From Hydrolagus affinis (Eukaryota): a stretch of DNA of 64,000 bases. The stretch covers positions 1 through 64,000 of the forward strand of contig JAAILG010001594.1 of assembly GCA_012026655.1 (NCBI GenBank). The letters run 5' to 3'. Below are positions 12,085-24,470 of the stretch, one piece after another. Every line of letters starts with the position of its first letter. The stretch's first letter is position 1. Below the pieces are notes generated by a model, which saw only the letters and a program-made list of their open reading frames with translations, was not told where the DNA came from and did not search any database. The translations under genes and the position numbers were made by a program.

Positions 12085-12300
12085 GCCCAATAATAATCTG
12101 TCCAAAAAAACACACGATAATAAAAATCGGTCATTTTCAATCCATGACTGTTTGTGGGACATGCTGTGCGCAATTGCCTGCCGCGTTTCGCCCACATATA
12201 TACAGTCCATTCACTTTACAGTATATTCTGTGAAGTGCTTTGAGACGTAGATAAGATGTGAAAAGCGCTACATCAAATGCTAGGATTATTATTATTATAA
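12085..12300 (+). mobile_element. tRNA-SINE, 5'-truncated
   Basis: Body and (ATT)n tail of the dominant SINE family. Confidence 0.85.
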
Positions 12301-12351
12301 TTTACTGTGGTAATAACTTTTGCCCACGATAAGTTTCTTTTTCTTTACCAG

Positions 12352-12538
12352 CAACAGCCAAACGTAGAACAACAGGAGGAATTGCTGTCCCTGTTACGTA
12401 GTCAGAAGAGAGAGCTCTGCGAATTGAGGCAGAGCCAGATGGAGTTGATGCAGAGGCTTACCGATCACATGGATGCAGTCCAAGGCTCCATCATGGGTCA
12501 CGTGGAGCGAATTATGGTCACACAGCAAGAGGAAGAAC
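12352..12538 (+). CDS. EDC4: EDC4 coding exon (start of the coiled-coil region; ends at a U12-type donor)
   Basis: QKRELCELRQSQMELMQRL...GHVERI matches human 'QQRELAELRHSQEELLQRL...GHVERA'. Donor is C|GTATCCTT. Confidence 0.92.
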
Positions 12539-13794
12539 GTATCCTTCCATGTCCTATATAACTGGTGAAGGCCCAAGCATTGTTTGACTGGCTTAATAGA
12601 GCAAGGGATGCTTATCTTGTTAGGCAACAGGTTACAGGAATAACTTTGGGGCAATGATAAACACAGGATAATGAATAATCTGTTAAAATACTGAGGTGGG
12701 GGGGAAACAATATTATCCTATTTACTGAATCAATCTACAGCATTGCAGCAGCAGAAAATTTGAACTACAGCTGGCTTGAACATTACAAATCTTGAGGTTC
12801 AGCTAAACTTTGCAAACTCGTGTGACAAGGCTCAAAGTGGTTTGCATAATACACTCAACCCTTTGCATGACATCTCTTCATTTCTATGAAGCGAATTACT
12901 GCATTTTGATAATTGCTCAATGAACACATTGACGTATGATTCCCAAAAAAACATTGGGCAGATTGCATAGTATATTGTTGAATGTCAAGCATTCCATTTG
13001 CATCAACTAGCATCTTCGCAATTAAATGGTAAAATAAGTCAAACTTGCCACTTTTTGACTTGCAACAATTTGGAGCATCTGAAGCCCAGATGACTAACCA
13101 TGAATGTGACGCAGAGATTTGAGAAGGCTCTACAGAGTATTGTGTAGTGTACACTTGTCGTTTCATTTCTTTTAATAATTTCCGATAATTGCTTTCACGT
13201 TCGTACTTGTGTTTCATTGAGATTTCTGTATGATTGCTGAGGGTAATTTGCCACCCCACACACATTTCTGCATATTTAAAAGTTCATTTTATTTTGGACT
13301 GCTGTGTTCACCAAATGTGAATTAAGCAATGGACAGCGAGCTGTTAACTGGCTCGTGATGATTCAAAATAGTTGCATCGTAGTGACACAGCTATCGGGAC
13401 AGGAAAAGATTTTCAGGCAGTCCTGTGGGCTATCATCTTGCAGATTGTTTTATCATCAAGAATAGTTTTAAAATAATCCCACTAGCTGGATTTTTTTTAA
13501 TCTCTTGATCAGGTGCGGCCTCAGTAAAACATAGTAACGTTTAAATTCCTTTGACCTTCTCAGTTAATCTTTTAATCCATTCTCAACTGCTTTGCAATAT
13601 TTGTCCTGCTTTTTCTTCGCTACCCTTCCCCCTTCCTGTAGTAAACATTTGTTTCTTTCACCAACCTTCGAATAGTCTAAAGTCCTAGTCATATGAGTGA
13701 CAGCAGTTCAAGATAACTGGTAAATCTGAGAAGTCAATGTTGTGATTTCCTTCCTGTCAGCCTTTTAACATTTTGCCTTAACCTAGCTCTTTAG
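12539..13794 (+). other. EDC4: U12-type (minor spliceosome) GT-AG intron of EDC4
   Basis: 5' splice site GTATCCTTC. Branch-site-like TTTTGCCTTAAC at 13771-13782, 12 nt before the end of the AG. No long polypyrimidine tract. The join gives EEE-Q-RRTDR, aligning to human EQE-Q-RRLER. Confidence 0.88.
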
Positions 13795-13950
13795 AGAGGC
13801 GAACGGACAGGATCTTGACGGAAAGCCAGGAAAAAAGTGGTCAGTTTCAGGAGCAGCTATCCCATCAACTCTCACAGACTGTGGCAAGCTCAGTTAGTAA
13901 TCGCCTGGAGAAGACTGTCCGAGATGAGATGAAGAAAACCGTACCACAAT
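13795..13950 (+). CDS. EDC4: EDC4 coding exon (QRRTDRIL...RLEKTVRDEMKKTVPQ)
   Basis: Matches human 'QLQEQLTQQLSQ...RLERSIRDEIKKTVPP'. Donor T|gtgagt. Confidence 0.93.
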
Positions 13951-16385
13951 GTGAGTGGTGGCTGAGAAAAGCACTGCTAAATGCTGAGCATATGATTGGC
14001 TTGGAATACAATATTCTATTCAATATACATCACTGCTCTGAAGAATCCTGAATCATTGAGTGTTTCCTAAGTCTACATCTTATTGGTCCAATATGCAAGA
14101 TGGACCTGAAAATCAAAACTGCTTGCACTTATTATAGAGCCTTTGAGAAAACTAAAAGCTCAAAGTGCTTTAAGAAATATTATCCATAATAAATTGTTAA
14201 GCGTTTTAAGAATTTCAGAGACAAATGCAGCAACCAATCTGCCAGCTATAGCCTATACACAATAATGAAATGGGCATCCAATTAATTTGGGGTGAGGAGG
14301 GGTGGGGATATAGGCTATATGTACAATGTAGCAATGGTTGGTCAATCCTTTTCTATTTTCACCCGAATCACAAGACTGAAGCGACCTCAAATTAATAACC
14401 AAATGAAAGAATAGGATATTGATCTGGAAGTAATGAAATTGTGTAGAATGTTGGTATAAAGCTATACTTCAGTTTATACAGGCGGATTTAAATTGGAGTT
14501 GCCAGCAATGACACTAGTCGGTAAAATTGCTTGCACATTTAGTTTCACCATTACTATTCCCCCCAAATAAATGGCTATGTATAGTACATCATTTGTTGAC
14601 CAGTAGATGGTTTGCATTGCCTGAGATATTGCACCTCTAATAGCCATTGGGTAATGCGGCATGTCATTTCTCTTGTCTCCGTTTGACAGGGAAGTCATTG
14701 CAAAACTTGCTTGTTGTGCACTTTATTCCCCCTTTAATTAGGCTCATCCAAAAGCTACAGAAAATAACTAGTGTATATTGGCACCAATTTGTTTGTGACA
14801 TTGACTACATCTTGACTACATCTTAATGCTAGCAATTGGATTGAAGCCTTTGCTTACGCTGCTGCAGAATGATATTCTAATTGCAAGGGGTTGAATGAAG
14901 AGCTTAATGAAAGCCTTCAAACTCTTTTTTTTAACCTGCATCTCTATTGCAGACTGAGGCACAAAGGAAGCAGGATATATTGCTTCCAGATTTTCTGGTT
15001 GCATTTCGGTTGCTCTCCAAAATATGTTCACCCAGGGGACTTCTCCATGGATTCTATTAGTACTACTTCTTGGCAACAGCAGGGATGTAATTCAGTGATG
15101 CGGGGAATGGATGCAGTTAACACGACACAAAAAAAACACCATTTAGGGTTTGAAAGTATTGAAAAAAATAGCCTTGGCAATTTAATACATCTATATGTTA
15201 AACTGCAAGTTTGACATTTAAGTTGCAATGAAAAGCAGCAAGTACTTGGGAGGCAAATCTTCCCTAATAGTTCTTTTTTTTAATCTGTCTGTCACCAGTG
15301 TTGCTCTGGCAGTAATATTTCAGGCAAAAGGTTGTTATGGTTTGCAGAAGCATTCGAATGCTGCTGACTCAGATATTCATCAGAGGCTTGAACCACTTGA
15401 GCAGGAATGTGTGTTCACAGGCAAATTTCTACAGTAATGAAGGTGGTACTGGTCAAAAATATTTCAGTCCAATGTCTTGTGACACATCTTGTATCAAGCC
15501 CTTCATATATTTTTATTTTCTCCCTGTTTTTTTCTGCAAGTGTATGGAATAATTTGCACAGCATTGTTGATTGGAGCTATCTTTTCTCCAACCGAGCGAT
15601 AAACCTGTTGAGTTGAACTTGAACTTTTTTTAAATGTAAATGTAGGCAAGAGGTGGTGTTTCTTGTTATCCAAAACACTGAAGAAACACTCAATGATTCA
15701 GGATTCTTCAGCATCTTAAAAGTTTATTTTGCTTCATTCTAAACATGATGTTAATGTGAATATGTTAAGATTTTACTCCTTTTCCATTACTCCAAATGCT
15801 ACATTTTAATGCTTCGCCCAGACCTATATTGGTTAGTCGAGCGCGTGGTTGCATGTTTCTTAAGACAGCGGAGCTAGACGCATTGTATTATTGTGGAAAA
15901 TTTCACCCACAAAATACAGTCAATCCACTTTCAGTATATCCCGTGAAGCGCTTTGAGACATCTTGACGGCTAATATTATTATTCAAATTCCTATGACCAC
16001 AATTCCCTGCTGAATGGAGCAATACTCCTGAAATTACTTGCTATTTGTGAGCACGTTTGGCTTTTAATCTTCCACTGTTCAATCTATTAGTAGCAGAACT
16101 TTTCCCCCAAATGATTAGAAATTGGCAAGACCTGGTCTGAAGCAATCAGTATCAATTCAATTGATTGATTCTTGGGACTTAACTGTATTCAGAAACAATT
16201 TGTGTCTACAATAAAACAACAACTTGGATTTACATAGCAGCCTCCACGCCGGACGGATTGTGATTCAATTTAAAACATCATGATGCCATTTCATGGCACG
16301 TTCACAACCTGAAGACTATAAGAATTCAGACCTTTTGGTTTTGGATCTTCAAATCTGTCTGAATTAATATTAAATTATTCAACAG

Positions 16386-16501
16386 GTATTTCCAAGAGTT
16401 TAGAACCAGTGTCAGGTCATCTGAACAACATCATTGCAGCCAAGCTTGTAGCCATTGAAGGGACGTTGAAAGAAAACATAACAAAAATGGTCAAATCCAA
16501 G
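16386..16501 (+). CDS. EDC4: EDC4 coding exon (CISKSLEPVSG...KENITKMVKSK)
   Basis: Matches human 'CVSRSLEPMAG...KENISKLLKSK'. Boundaries aacag / AAG|gtaagt. Confidence 0.93.
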
Positions 16502-17015
16502 GTAAGTGTTTTAAATCCAACATCAGAATACTCACAGCCCGTGAAGGGCTACAAAATAATGGATGTGTTGTATAATGTGATTTTGCATTGTGGTTCAATT
16601 GAGTTTTCTAAATTTGCATATACTGTATCTTTTCACCATTGCCCCTCCCCTCATCTTCCCTTTTTTAGGGTCTCTTTTGCTGTTGCTTTCCTCACAGCTC
16701 ATTGCGGTTCCTAGTTGTTAATCTGTGCTTCACTACATACTTTCCTTAGAGGTGCCAAGAGTGTGTTTGTTTTCATGAAACTCCATCTCCACACTCCATT
16801 GGAACACAGTGCATTGACTTGCAACCATACTTCCCTGAAAATATAGTAATGAATAGAACCATGGAAATTTAAAGAGCTGAAGGCCAGTTGGCCCAAACAT
16901 GTGAGGAAATGTGTTGCTTTCAAAATTTGATGCGATTGCAATGTTTGAACTGCGTCAAGAATTTTCGGCCTGTTTGGAGTAACCTCCCATTTGCTTCTTT
17001 GAATTCCGATCACAG

Positions 17016-17181
17016 AACACTACAGACAGCATCGGAAGAGCAGCAGCCGAAGCTTTACAAGGACCCATACAGAGTGCTTACAGAGAATCATTCCAGAGTG
17101 CATTTGTGCCTGTTTTTGAAAAGGCATGTCAGTCAATGTTCCAGCAAATTAATGACAGCTTCAAGCAGGGAACACAAGAAT
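17016..17181 (+). CDS. EDC4: EDC4 coding exon (NTTDSIGRAAA...FEKACQSMFQQINDSFKQGTQE)
   Basis: Highly conserved FEK.CQ.MFQQINDSF..GTQE motif. Boundaries cacag / T|gtaggt. Confidence 0.95.
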
Positions 17182-18074
17182 GTAGGTGTTTTTTAAATAT
17201 ATATTTTTATTTGCAAGAACCCATTGTTGAGATTATAATAATAATAATACTTGCATTTGATCTAGTGCCTTATCAAGTCTTTGGGACATGATAAGAATAT
17301 GCTGTAAAGCGAATTGATTGTGTATTTTGTTGGCGAAACTCGGCAGCCAATACTGCACAGATTTAGCTATACATTTTACAAGTGTTGAATAAGGCTATGA
17401 TTCCAGGTGTGAAAGTGGAACTTCTGACTCTGTTGAGAGTTTAGCGTTGCACCAGGCTATGTTATACCTATGTTATGAACATTTTATTATGCTTCAGTTT
17501 ATCTATATCCCTTGACTACTTCATTAAGATTTCCTGTGAGGCTTCTTTTTTGTAGTTTGAACTCTCCCAGCTTCCCTAGCCTCTCCTTGATGTTTAATTC
17601 TTGCATTTGATACAGCACCTTATCACATTGTTGAGGTGTACCATAGCGCTTCACAGAGTATACTGTAAAGTGAATTGATTGCATATTTTGTGGGCGAAAC
17701 TCAGCAGTCGTCCATGCATAGAATGTTGGTCCAATGATGGAGTGGCTCATAACTAAAAAAAAATTTAAATATACTTTTTGATAACTGCTCAATGGTTATG
17801 TTTAGGAATCTTGGCTTTTCCCCTCTTTGTATAAAACTTATTATTTCATTAAGTAACTGCTAGAGAACATTTCTCTATAATTCCAGTGAAAGTACATAGA
17901 ATACTAATAAAAGCTTTATTTTTTAATCTGTCAACAGAGTAAATCTTGGACTAAATAATGGCATCTCTTAAAGCTAGCGCGTGGATAAATACATTTCTGG
18001 TTTTGATCAAACTTGCTGATTTTCTTGTTGTTTATATCATTACTAATTTGATGGTTTTCATCTCGCTGTCACAG

Positions 18075-18261
18075 ATATCCAGCAATTTGAGACCCACCTT
18101 CAGTCTAAGAAGGCCCAAGAGCAAGCAATTCGAGAGCCTATGGTTTGTCAGCTGCAGCAAATGATTGACCATTTCCAGAGTGCGACAGATCATCTCGCTG
18201 CCACCATCACAAACAGCATTCGTTCAGAGGTGCAGCATCAGCTTCACATCATTGTTGGCAA
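18075..18261 (+). CDS. EDC4: EDC4 coding exon (YIQQFETH...EVQHQLHIIVG)
   Basis: Matches human 'YLQQLESH...EVQHQLHVAVG'. Boundaries tcacag / AA|gtaagt. Confidence 0.93.
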
Positions 18262-19635
18262 GTAAGTAAAACCACAACCATAATCTTGCCTCTTACTTGT
18301 GTTAAGGAGTTTGGGAATTGTGGAATTGAGAGACTAGATGGTGCAGTGGGTTGTCGTACTCTCCTTTCACCTCTCGGACTATGACCCAAACACAGGGCAG
18401 GTCGTGATCTCAATCCGAGCAGTGCAAAACTACCCCTTTAATTAAGACAGAAATGGCAATCTCATTCTAAAATGGCTGGTGTGAGAAACGAACAATTCAC
18501 ATTCGTGCAATCAAGCTGAGGTTCCTTGTACTTTATGTGAACTGGCATTGTTTGATGCTAACATTGGGTGGCTGATTTGGAAACTCTTCTATTCCATTCT
18601 CCCAAGTCTAAAGTCCATCTTGACCAGCTCAGCTCAAAGTTTGCCGTAGAAATTTGAGTCCAATTTAAGCAGAAAGTATATTTTCACAGGGATAATAATC
18701 TTTGAAGTTTTCACGTCTTCTAGACGTCTCAAAGCACTTCAAATAATATACTGTACGATCTGACCAGGCTGATGAGTTAAGGTTGAAAGTCCTCTTGCAC
18801 TAGCTGTAAAGACCTAATATAATTAATCTCTGTCCACCTCTTACTGATCATAAATGCACTAGTATAATTAGATACATTTTTCATCCTGCTTAGAATGATC
18901 ACTAGGTGATTGGTATTTAGTTAAGGACAGCACTAGTTGGAGTTGATTATTTTGCAACATTTGACTTTGGCAATGCTTATTTGAAGATGTGACTGAGAGC
19001 CCATTATTGGAATCTCTTGCATTGAAAACAAACATTCAATACCTTTCTGCTTCCCTTAGTTGTTACATGTATGAGAGTAACCTAAAATTCAGCTTTTTGT
19101 TTTTTTTAAACAGAATCATAGCAAAACCATAGCACATTCCTGTTTTCTACACTCCAGCTGCATATTGTCAATAACATAACTGATAGTGTTGTAAATTTGC
19201 AACATTGGAATATTGATTTCTACAGTTGGATTTTCCAGTGCTTAACTCCAAATGATCACAGAGCCATAACTTTACTCATTGACTACCTTTCTTTTGTCTC
19301 CAATTGTCTGCGTAAGCACAATTTTCCTGAATGCACTCACTCATCTTAGTAATATGCAATGGGGACTTGTGATCGTGCAATATAGCCAAGATATATTGTG
19401 CTCAGTTGCAATTTAGTTTGATCTAAAGCCTGGTTTTAAAATGCAAAATGAGTTTAGAAGGAAAAAATGTTCTTCTTACTGTCATCATACACCGTTAAAG
19501 AAAAACATTTCCATGGCAAAACAGACTATTTGATCTGTCAAACCCACTCGATAACTGATACATGTATTTGCAGTTTACATTCTTGGATTTGACCAATGTT
19601 ATTTCACTTCCCGAGGACCATGCATCATCATCATC

Positions 19636-19940
19636 ATAATAATAATAATCCTTGCATTTGACACAATCCTTGCTTTTCACATCTTATCGATGTCCTAAAG
19701 CGCTTCACAGAATATACTGTGAAGTGAATTGACTGTAGATTTGTGGGCAAATAGCGGCGGCCAATTGCGCACAGCAGTGTCCCACAAACAGTCGTGGATT
19801 GAAATGACCAATTTTATTATTGTGGTTTTTTTTGGACGGATTATTATTAGGCGTGTGGAATAAAGGAAACTTGCCCAGGGTTTCACCCTGACCTGCCTGA
19901 ATTCGAACACAGGTCTCCCCAGCTTGGTCTCCCCAGCTTG
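19636..19940 (-). mobile_element. tRNA-SINE, near full length
   Basis: Reverse complement of the dominant SINE, including a B-box-like sequence. Confidence 0.88.
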
Positions 19941-20774
19941 TAGGGTGCTATAAGCAAACGGTCAAACATGATTGTCTTATTATAATCTAAAGGATTTGAC
20001 CCTGTTTAGTTGTATTCCATATTTATCTTTTCCATTATTCTAGTGCTGGGATTGTTCCTTGATATGGGAATTTAGATATCATGATCATTCGTTTTGCACC
20101 ACATCAAATTAATATGTTCCCAAATCACTCTTACAGCACATTTTGATATTTAAACTTACAGCACCAAAACTATAAATACTGCACAACCTAGAATATACTA
20201 ATACTGTTACTAAATTGATCTATTTAAGTATAGAAAATTGCAACTAAAACTAAAAATAAGTGAGTCCCATTTGCGTGGCTCACTTTAATTCCCTCCTTAC
20301 TATGTCCAGGAAGAAAACAGCACCTGTTTTTGCCGTTCTGCCATTATGCGAATGCCAGCTTCTGGTTTCAGGAGTTTTTAAGATGGTGCTGGAAGTGATT
20401 TGCTGGATAACAGCCCCACTGGGCAGTGTTAAAATGAGGGCAAAGCCTGGTGGATTTGATACAATAAATACATAGAGAGGGATTTTAAAAGCGGGATAAA
20501 TGTAATTACACACACAAGCTCTTTTATGCTTTACAACACATTTGGATTAAAACAAAATGAAAAATTGTGGTGCCTAAAGCTGTTGGTTACATGTAGAGTG
20601 TTGTAACTGTGTCTTTAGGTATTTTTTTAATTGAACATGAGTAATGTGCATGTCGTAGCATGCTCTTAAATCCAGATTTGAAAGTAACTATTCAAAGTGC
20701 TTTAGGATGGAAAAGGTTGATTGTAACCGTATTGGGATTTGCCAGCAGAATTAATTTCTGGTCTTCATCTCAAG

Positions 20775-20994
20775 TCTACAGGAGTCGATTCTAACTCAAG
20801 TACAAAGAATTGTGAAAGGGGAGGTTGGCCTTGCGATGAAAGAACAGCAGGCGGCTGTTACGTCCAGTATTATGCAGGCCATGAGGTCAGCTGCGGGAAC
20901 ACCAATTCCATCATCTCACATAGATTTCCAATCTCAGCAAACCCACGTCCTGCAACTGCTGCAGCAGGGACAACTCAACCAAGCCTTTCAACAG
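20775..20994 (+). CDS. EDC4: EDC4 coding exon (LQESILTQVQRIVKGEV...LNQAFQQ)
   Basis: Near-identical to human KEQQAAVTSSIMQAMRSAAGTP...LQLLQQG.LNQAFQQ. Donor CAG|gtatgg. Confidence 0.95.
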
Positions 20995-23900
20995 GTATGG
21001 CTGAACTTGCGCTTAAGAGCACGACAGGTAAACTCGCACAAGTCATATCAGTCAGGGTCATAACATTTAGTATGACTTGCGTGAAGTGTGCGTTACAGGC
21101 AAATCGTGTACGACTTATACAAAGTTAGCTATAAGTCAGATTTTATATGATTAACATATAACAAGTGCAGTAAACAAGTACAAATTCCTTGTCACTAAAT
21201 TGGTTTGGTTGTACCTGTATTGCCTGATGCCATGGTGACAGGTCAAGAACTTGTTTTCCCTGCTTGCTTGAACGGAGCACACAGTCGTGCAGCACTGTGG
21301 TACGTGAGCCAGTGGTGACGGGTCCAGACTTTTTCTGTGATTGTTTCCAATGAAGCACTGCGCCCAAGTACCTTGATGCAGCCGGTAAGTACAGTAATGG
21401 AATTTTAGGAGAGAATTTGCACCGTATTTGGGTTATTTGGCACTAAGAAACTGTTACGATTCAGTCGCCTTCTCCGACTGTAAATGCAACCAGTACAAAG
21501 GAATCCGAAGGCCATACACATTCCCGAAAGGGCTTTGTACCACATGGGCTCACCTTTTAAAGCTTGAATCATTCAAACCAGAGCGAGTACTTTTTATTTA
21601 TTATTATTGATCAGACAAGGTTTATTGCCTTGGGCACAAGAGAGGATAAGAAGAAGTGTTAACTAAGTTTAGGAAAGAAACCTGTAGAAAAAAAGTGGTC
21701 TGCTTCAATTGGCCATACTCCTTCCTCAACTTCCAAGTTAAATTTCTAGCTTCAGGTCATAATAATGTAGTACAGTCAGGGAATATTCAATAGGTATTAT
21801 TGACTGTCGGGTTTCATGTCTGCGTTAAGACCGTGGTGGAGGATTTGGGATCTGCTGTCCAAGGGAACATTTGAAGATGAAATCGTCCCTGTGATGTCTG
21901 TACTGCTGGTTGAGAGAAGCAATGTGTGAGAGCTGCAAACGGGTTGGATAATAACTGTTTAAACCACCAATGGACGACCCAGCGGCCTACCATAAAGCAT
22001 AAGTATTTCCGGTTGTTGCGATTTTCGATCCTGAGAGTTCAAAATAATGACTCAACAATCCTTAATAAAGGTATAGCGATTCAATGATTGTAAGCAATTT
22101 TAGAATGATAGAATAAAAGAATCATACTACCAGTTCTATGTAGAATACAATGCTGGATTCAGGCTGTTACACCATAAGTCAGGTTCAAGCTTCTCATAAT
22201 ACTCACTCCTTCTAACTTTCCTTCTCTAACTGATCCTTCTTTGCCTATAAAACAAAACAACTGGAACCATGACCCGTTCCAGTAGTTCTGGACAACAGTG
22301 GCAGACCGGAGATCTCGGTTTAGCCTGAGACACTCCCCTTGTAATGAGCCACTCTTTCTCTCCTATCTTTATACTTCTCCACCATAACTAACTCAGCCAG
22401 TTGATCACTTGGACATTGTCCAGAAGCGATGTCAAAACCAGACTATCTAAAGGCCAGAATTGTAGGGAGTTGTTTACCTCCCTTCTTTTGCCAGACCTTG
22501 AGATGGCTCTCCTGCTACTCACTTGGCAATTTCCCAAATGAGTACAATCCTTTGCGCCTTTGTTAATTGAGTCCTCTGTCCCTATCTATATCTCGAGCCG
22601 CTCTCCTTCAATTCTATATTTATCCAAGAAGCTACTGATGTTATTGCGCTCCTTGGATTATTGGCATGGACCAGTACTCAAGGTTGTCTCAGTGCATGGG
22701 AATGTGCACCTGGTGTTTTGTGTAGACAAGTTGTTTCTCTCCCTTTTGCTCAAGGTAGCAACCTTGCCTGTGTTGTGGATAGATTGTTTTAATTGGTGCC
22801 TGATTGGAACTAACTATAGTTAATTTTTAATACAGTACCTCCATATCCCAACACGTGCCACAGTCAGTGAGTGGATGGCGTAGAGCAGTTTCTTCATGCT
22901 GGGGAATGCTTTACCAGCCAAAGGCTTGTAAACTTATCCCATTTAAGTTGCACAATAAATTTCAGGTGCCTTTTGGTAATACTCCCAAACTACACATTTA
23001 TAAATCCTAACATGGCAGTGTCCATTGGATTTGAGTTGTGGCAAACAGTTTTGCTTTTTATGATGGTTTGATTTTAAAAAAAAAACATTTCCTGATTATG
23101 ATTTCTTTGTTACTTTGCCATTTCTAATAAACCACCTCTGCCCATGTGAAATTCAGAATATTTCCAGAACTTTCTCACTGTTACAATTTTTAACTGCATG
23201 CAAGCCCAACAAAGAGCTGTGGACCAGAGTAGAAATAATTATATTCCTTCATTTGTGCTCTTCTAATGAATGTCCTCAGGGTTATTATCCGCTCCTGGAA
23301 GTAACTAACCTGGGCTGAAGTGTTGGCTACTCTCAGCGCATTGTCCATTTGGCCATTGATCATGTATTCAGTGTAAGCAGACTGTTCACAGAGCTTATTC
23401 CAGTTCTCATTTGACATTGACAGATGTGCAGTTTTCTGTAGTGGAACAGGGAGCCTATTTGATATATCTTTATCGTCGTTTCCTCACCCCCCCCGCCCCC
23501 CAACTCCAGTCCAGGGATGGCAGTTGCATCTCTACCATTAAATGGATGAGCAAGTGGTTCCAACAAAAAAGAGAGAGCAAAGGGATTTGTCAATCAGGCT
23601 TTTGTTGTGTATCCTTAGCAGCTGTTAGTCAGAGAGGCATTAGCAAAGGTGTGGGAGCAGGTCATTCTTTTCACCCTCTCAGCCAGGGAAAGGTGTGATG
23701 CTGAAGATGATAAAGGAGGAGATCAATTATTTTTTTCTAAAGGCTCAGCAATATATTTCTTAGTCACAGCCGTCTTTAGCATTTTAATTGGCTGAGCCAC
23801 CACATCCTCTGCAAAGTGGTTATTAAACTGCACTTTTGTTTAAAACAAAAGTAAGCTGCTTGAAGTTGGAGCAAATGCGACTGAGTCAGTTGGATATCAA

Positions 23901-24125
23901 GCATTTGGACAAATCAACTGTATAGTTTGTGGAAAGATTGCCCTATAGCAGAAAATGTGAATGGTTTCAGCATGTTCTGCGATATTTACTGCTTAAGACC
24001 TCAACTTTGGCTTTTTGAAATTAATGTCCCTTCCTCCAGTCAATATTCAAGGCCTTTCCAAATCATCTGCCTCCTTGCTGCACATTTTTCTTCCTTCTTT
24101 TTGTATATGTTTTTGGTTGTTAAAC

Positions 24126-24470
24126 ACTACATCAAGGATATAGCAGTGGTGGAAAGATTACAGCGTAGGTTTATTAGCTTAGTGCCAGTGTTGGCAGGTT
24201 AGTGCTTCAGGATAAATTGGCTAGGTTAGGCTTCATCGCGGTGTTTAAAATTGTAAACGTGTTTGATAAAGTTAGCATAAAGAAGCTGTTACTGCCAGTT
24301 GGGGAGTCGGTTACCAGGGGACACCAGATTAAGATAGCGACTAGTGGGATCTAAAAGAAAAGGGTATAAGAGGGAATTGGGATTGGGTAGAGACTCATGT
24401 GGAATATAAACACCAATATGAACTAGTTGGGTTGAATAGCCTCTTTCCATGCAGTACATTCTTTGTATTC
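24126..24470 (+). mobile_element. CR1-type LINE 3' fragment
   Basis: KDIAVVERLQRRFISLVP is typical of the CR1 ORF2 C-terminus. Also GGGGAGTCGGTTACCAGGGGACAC and tail GGGTTGAATAGCCTCTTTCCATGC. An opposite-strand CR1 tail lies at about 24540-24655. Confidence 0.75.

Noticed and set aside
15678-15711. Hammerhead ribozyme core (CTGAAGA...GAAAC)
   Set aside because: There is no stem II between the boxes and no flanking stems I and III.
21030-21150. H/ACA snoRNA-like double hairpin
   Set aside because: No ANANNA hinge box and no correctly placed ACA.
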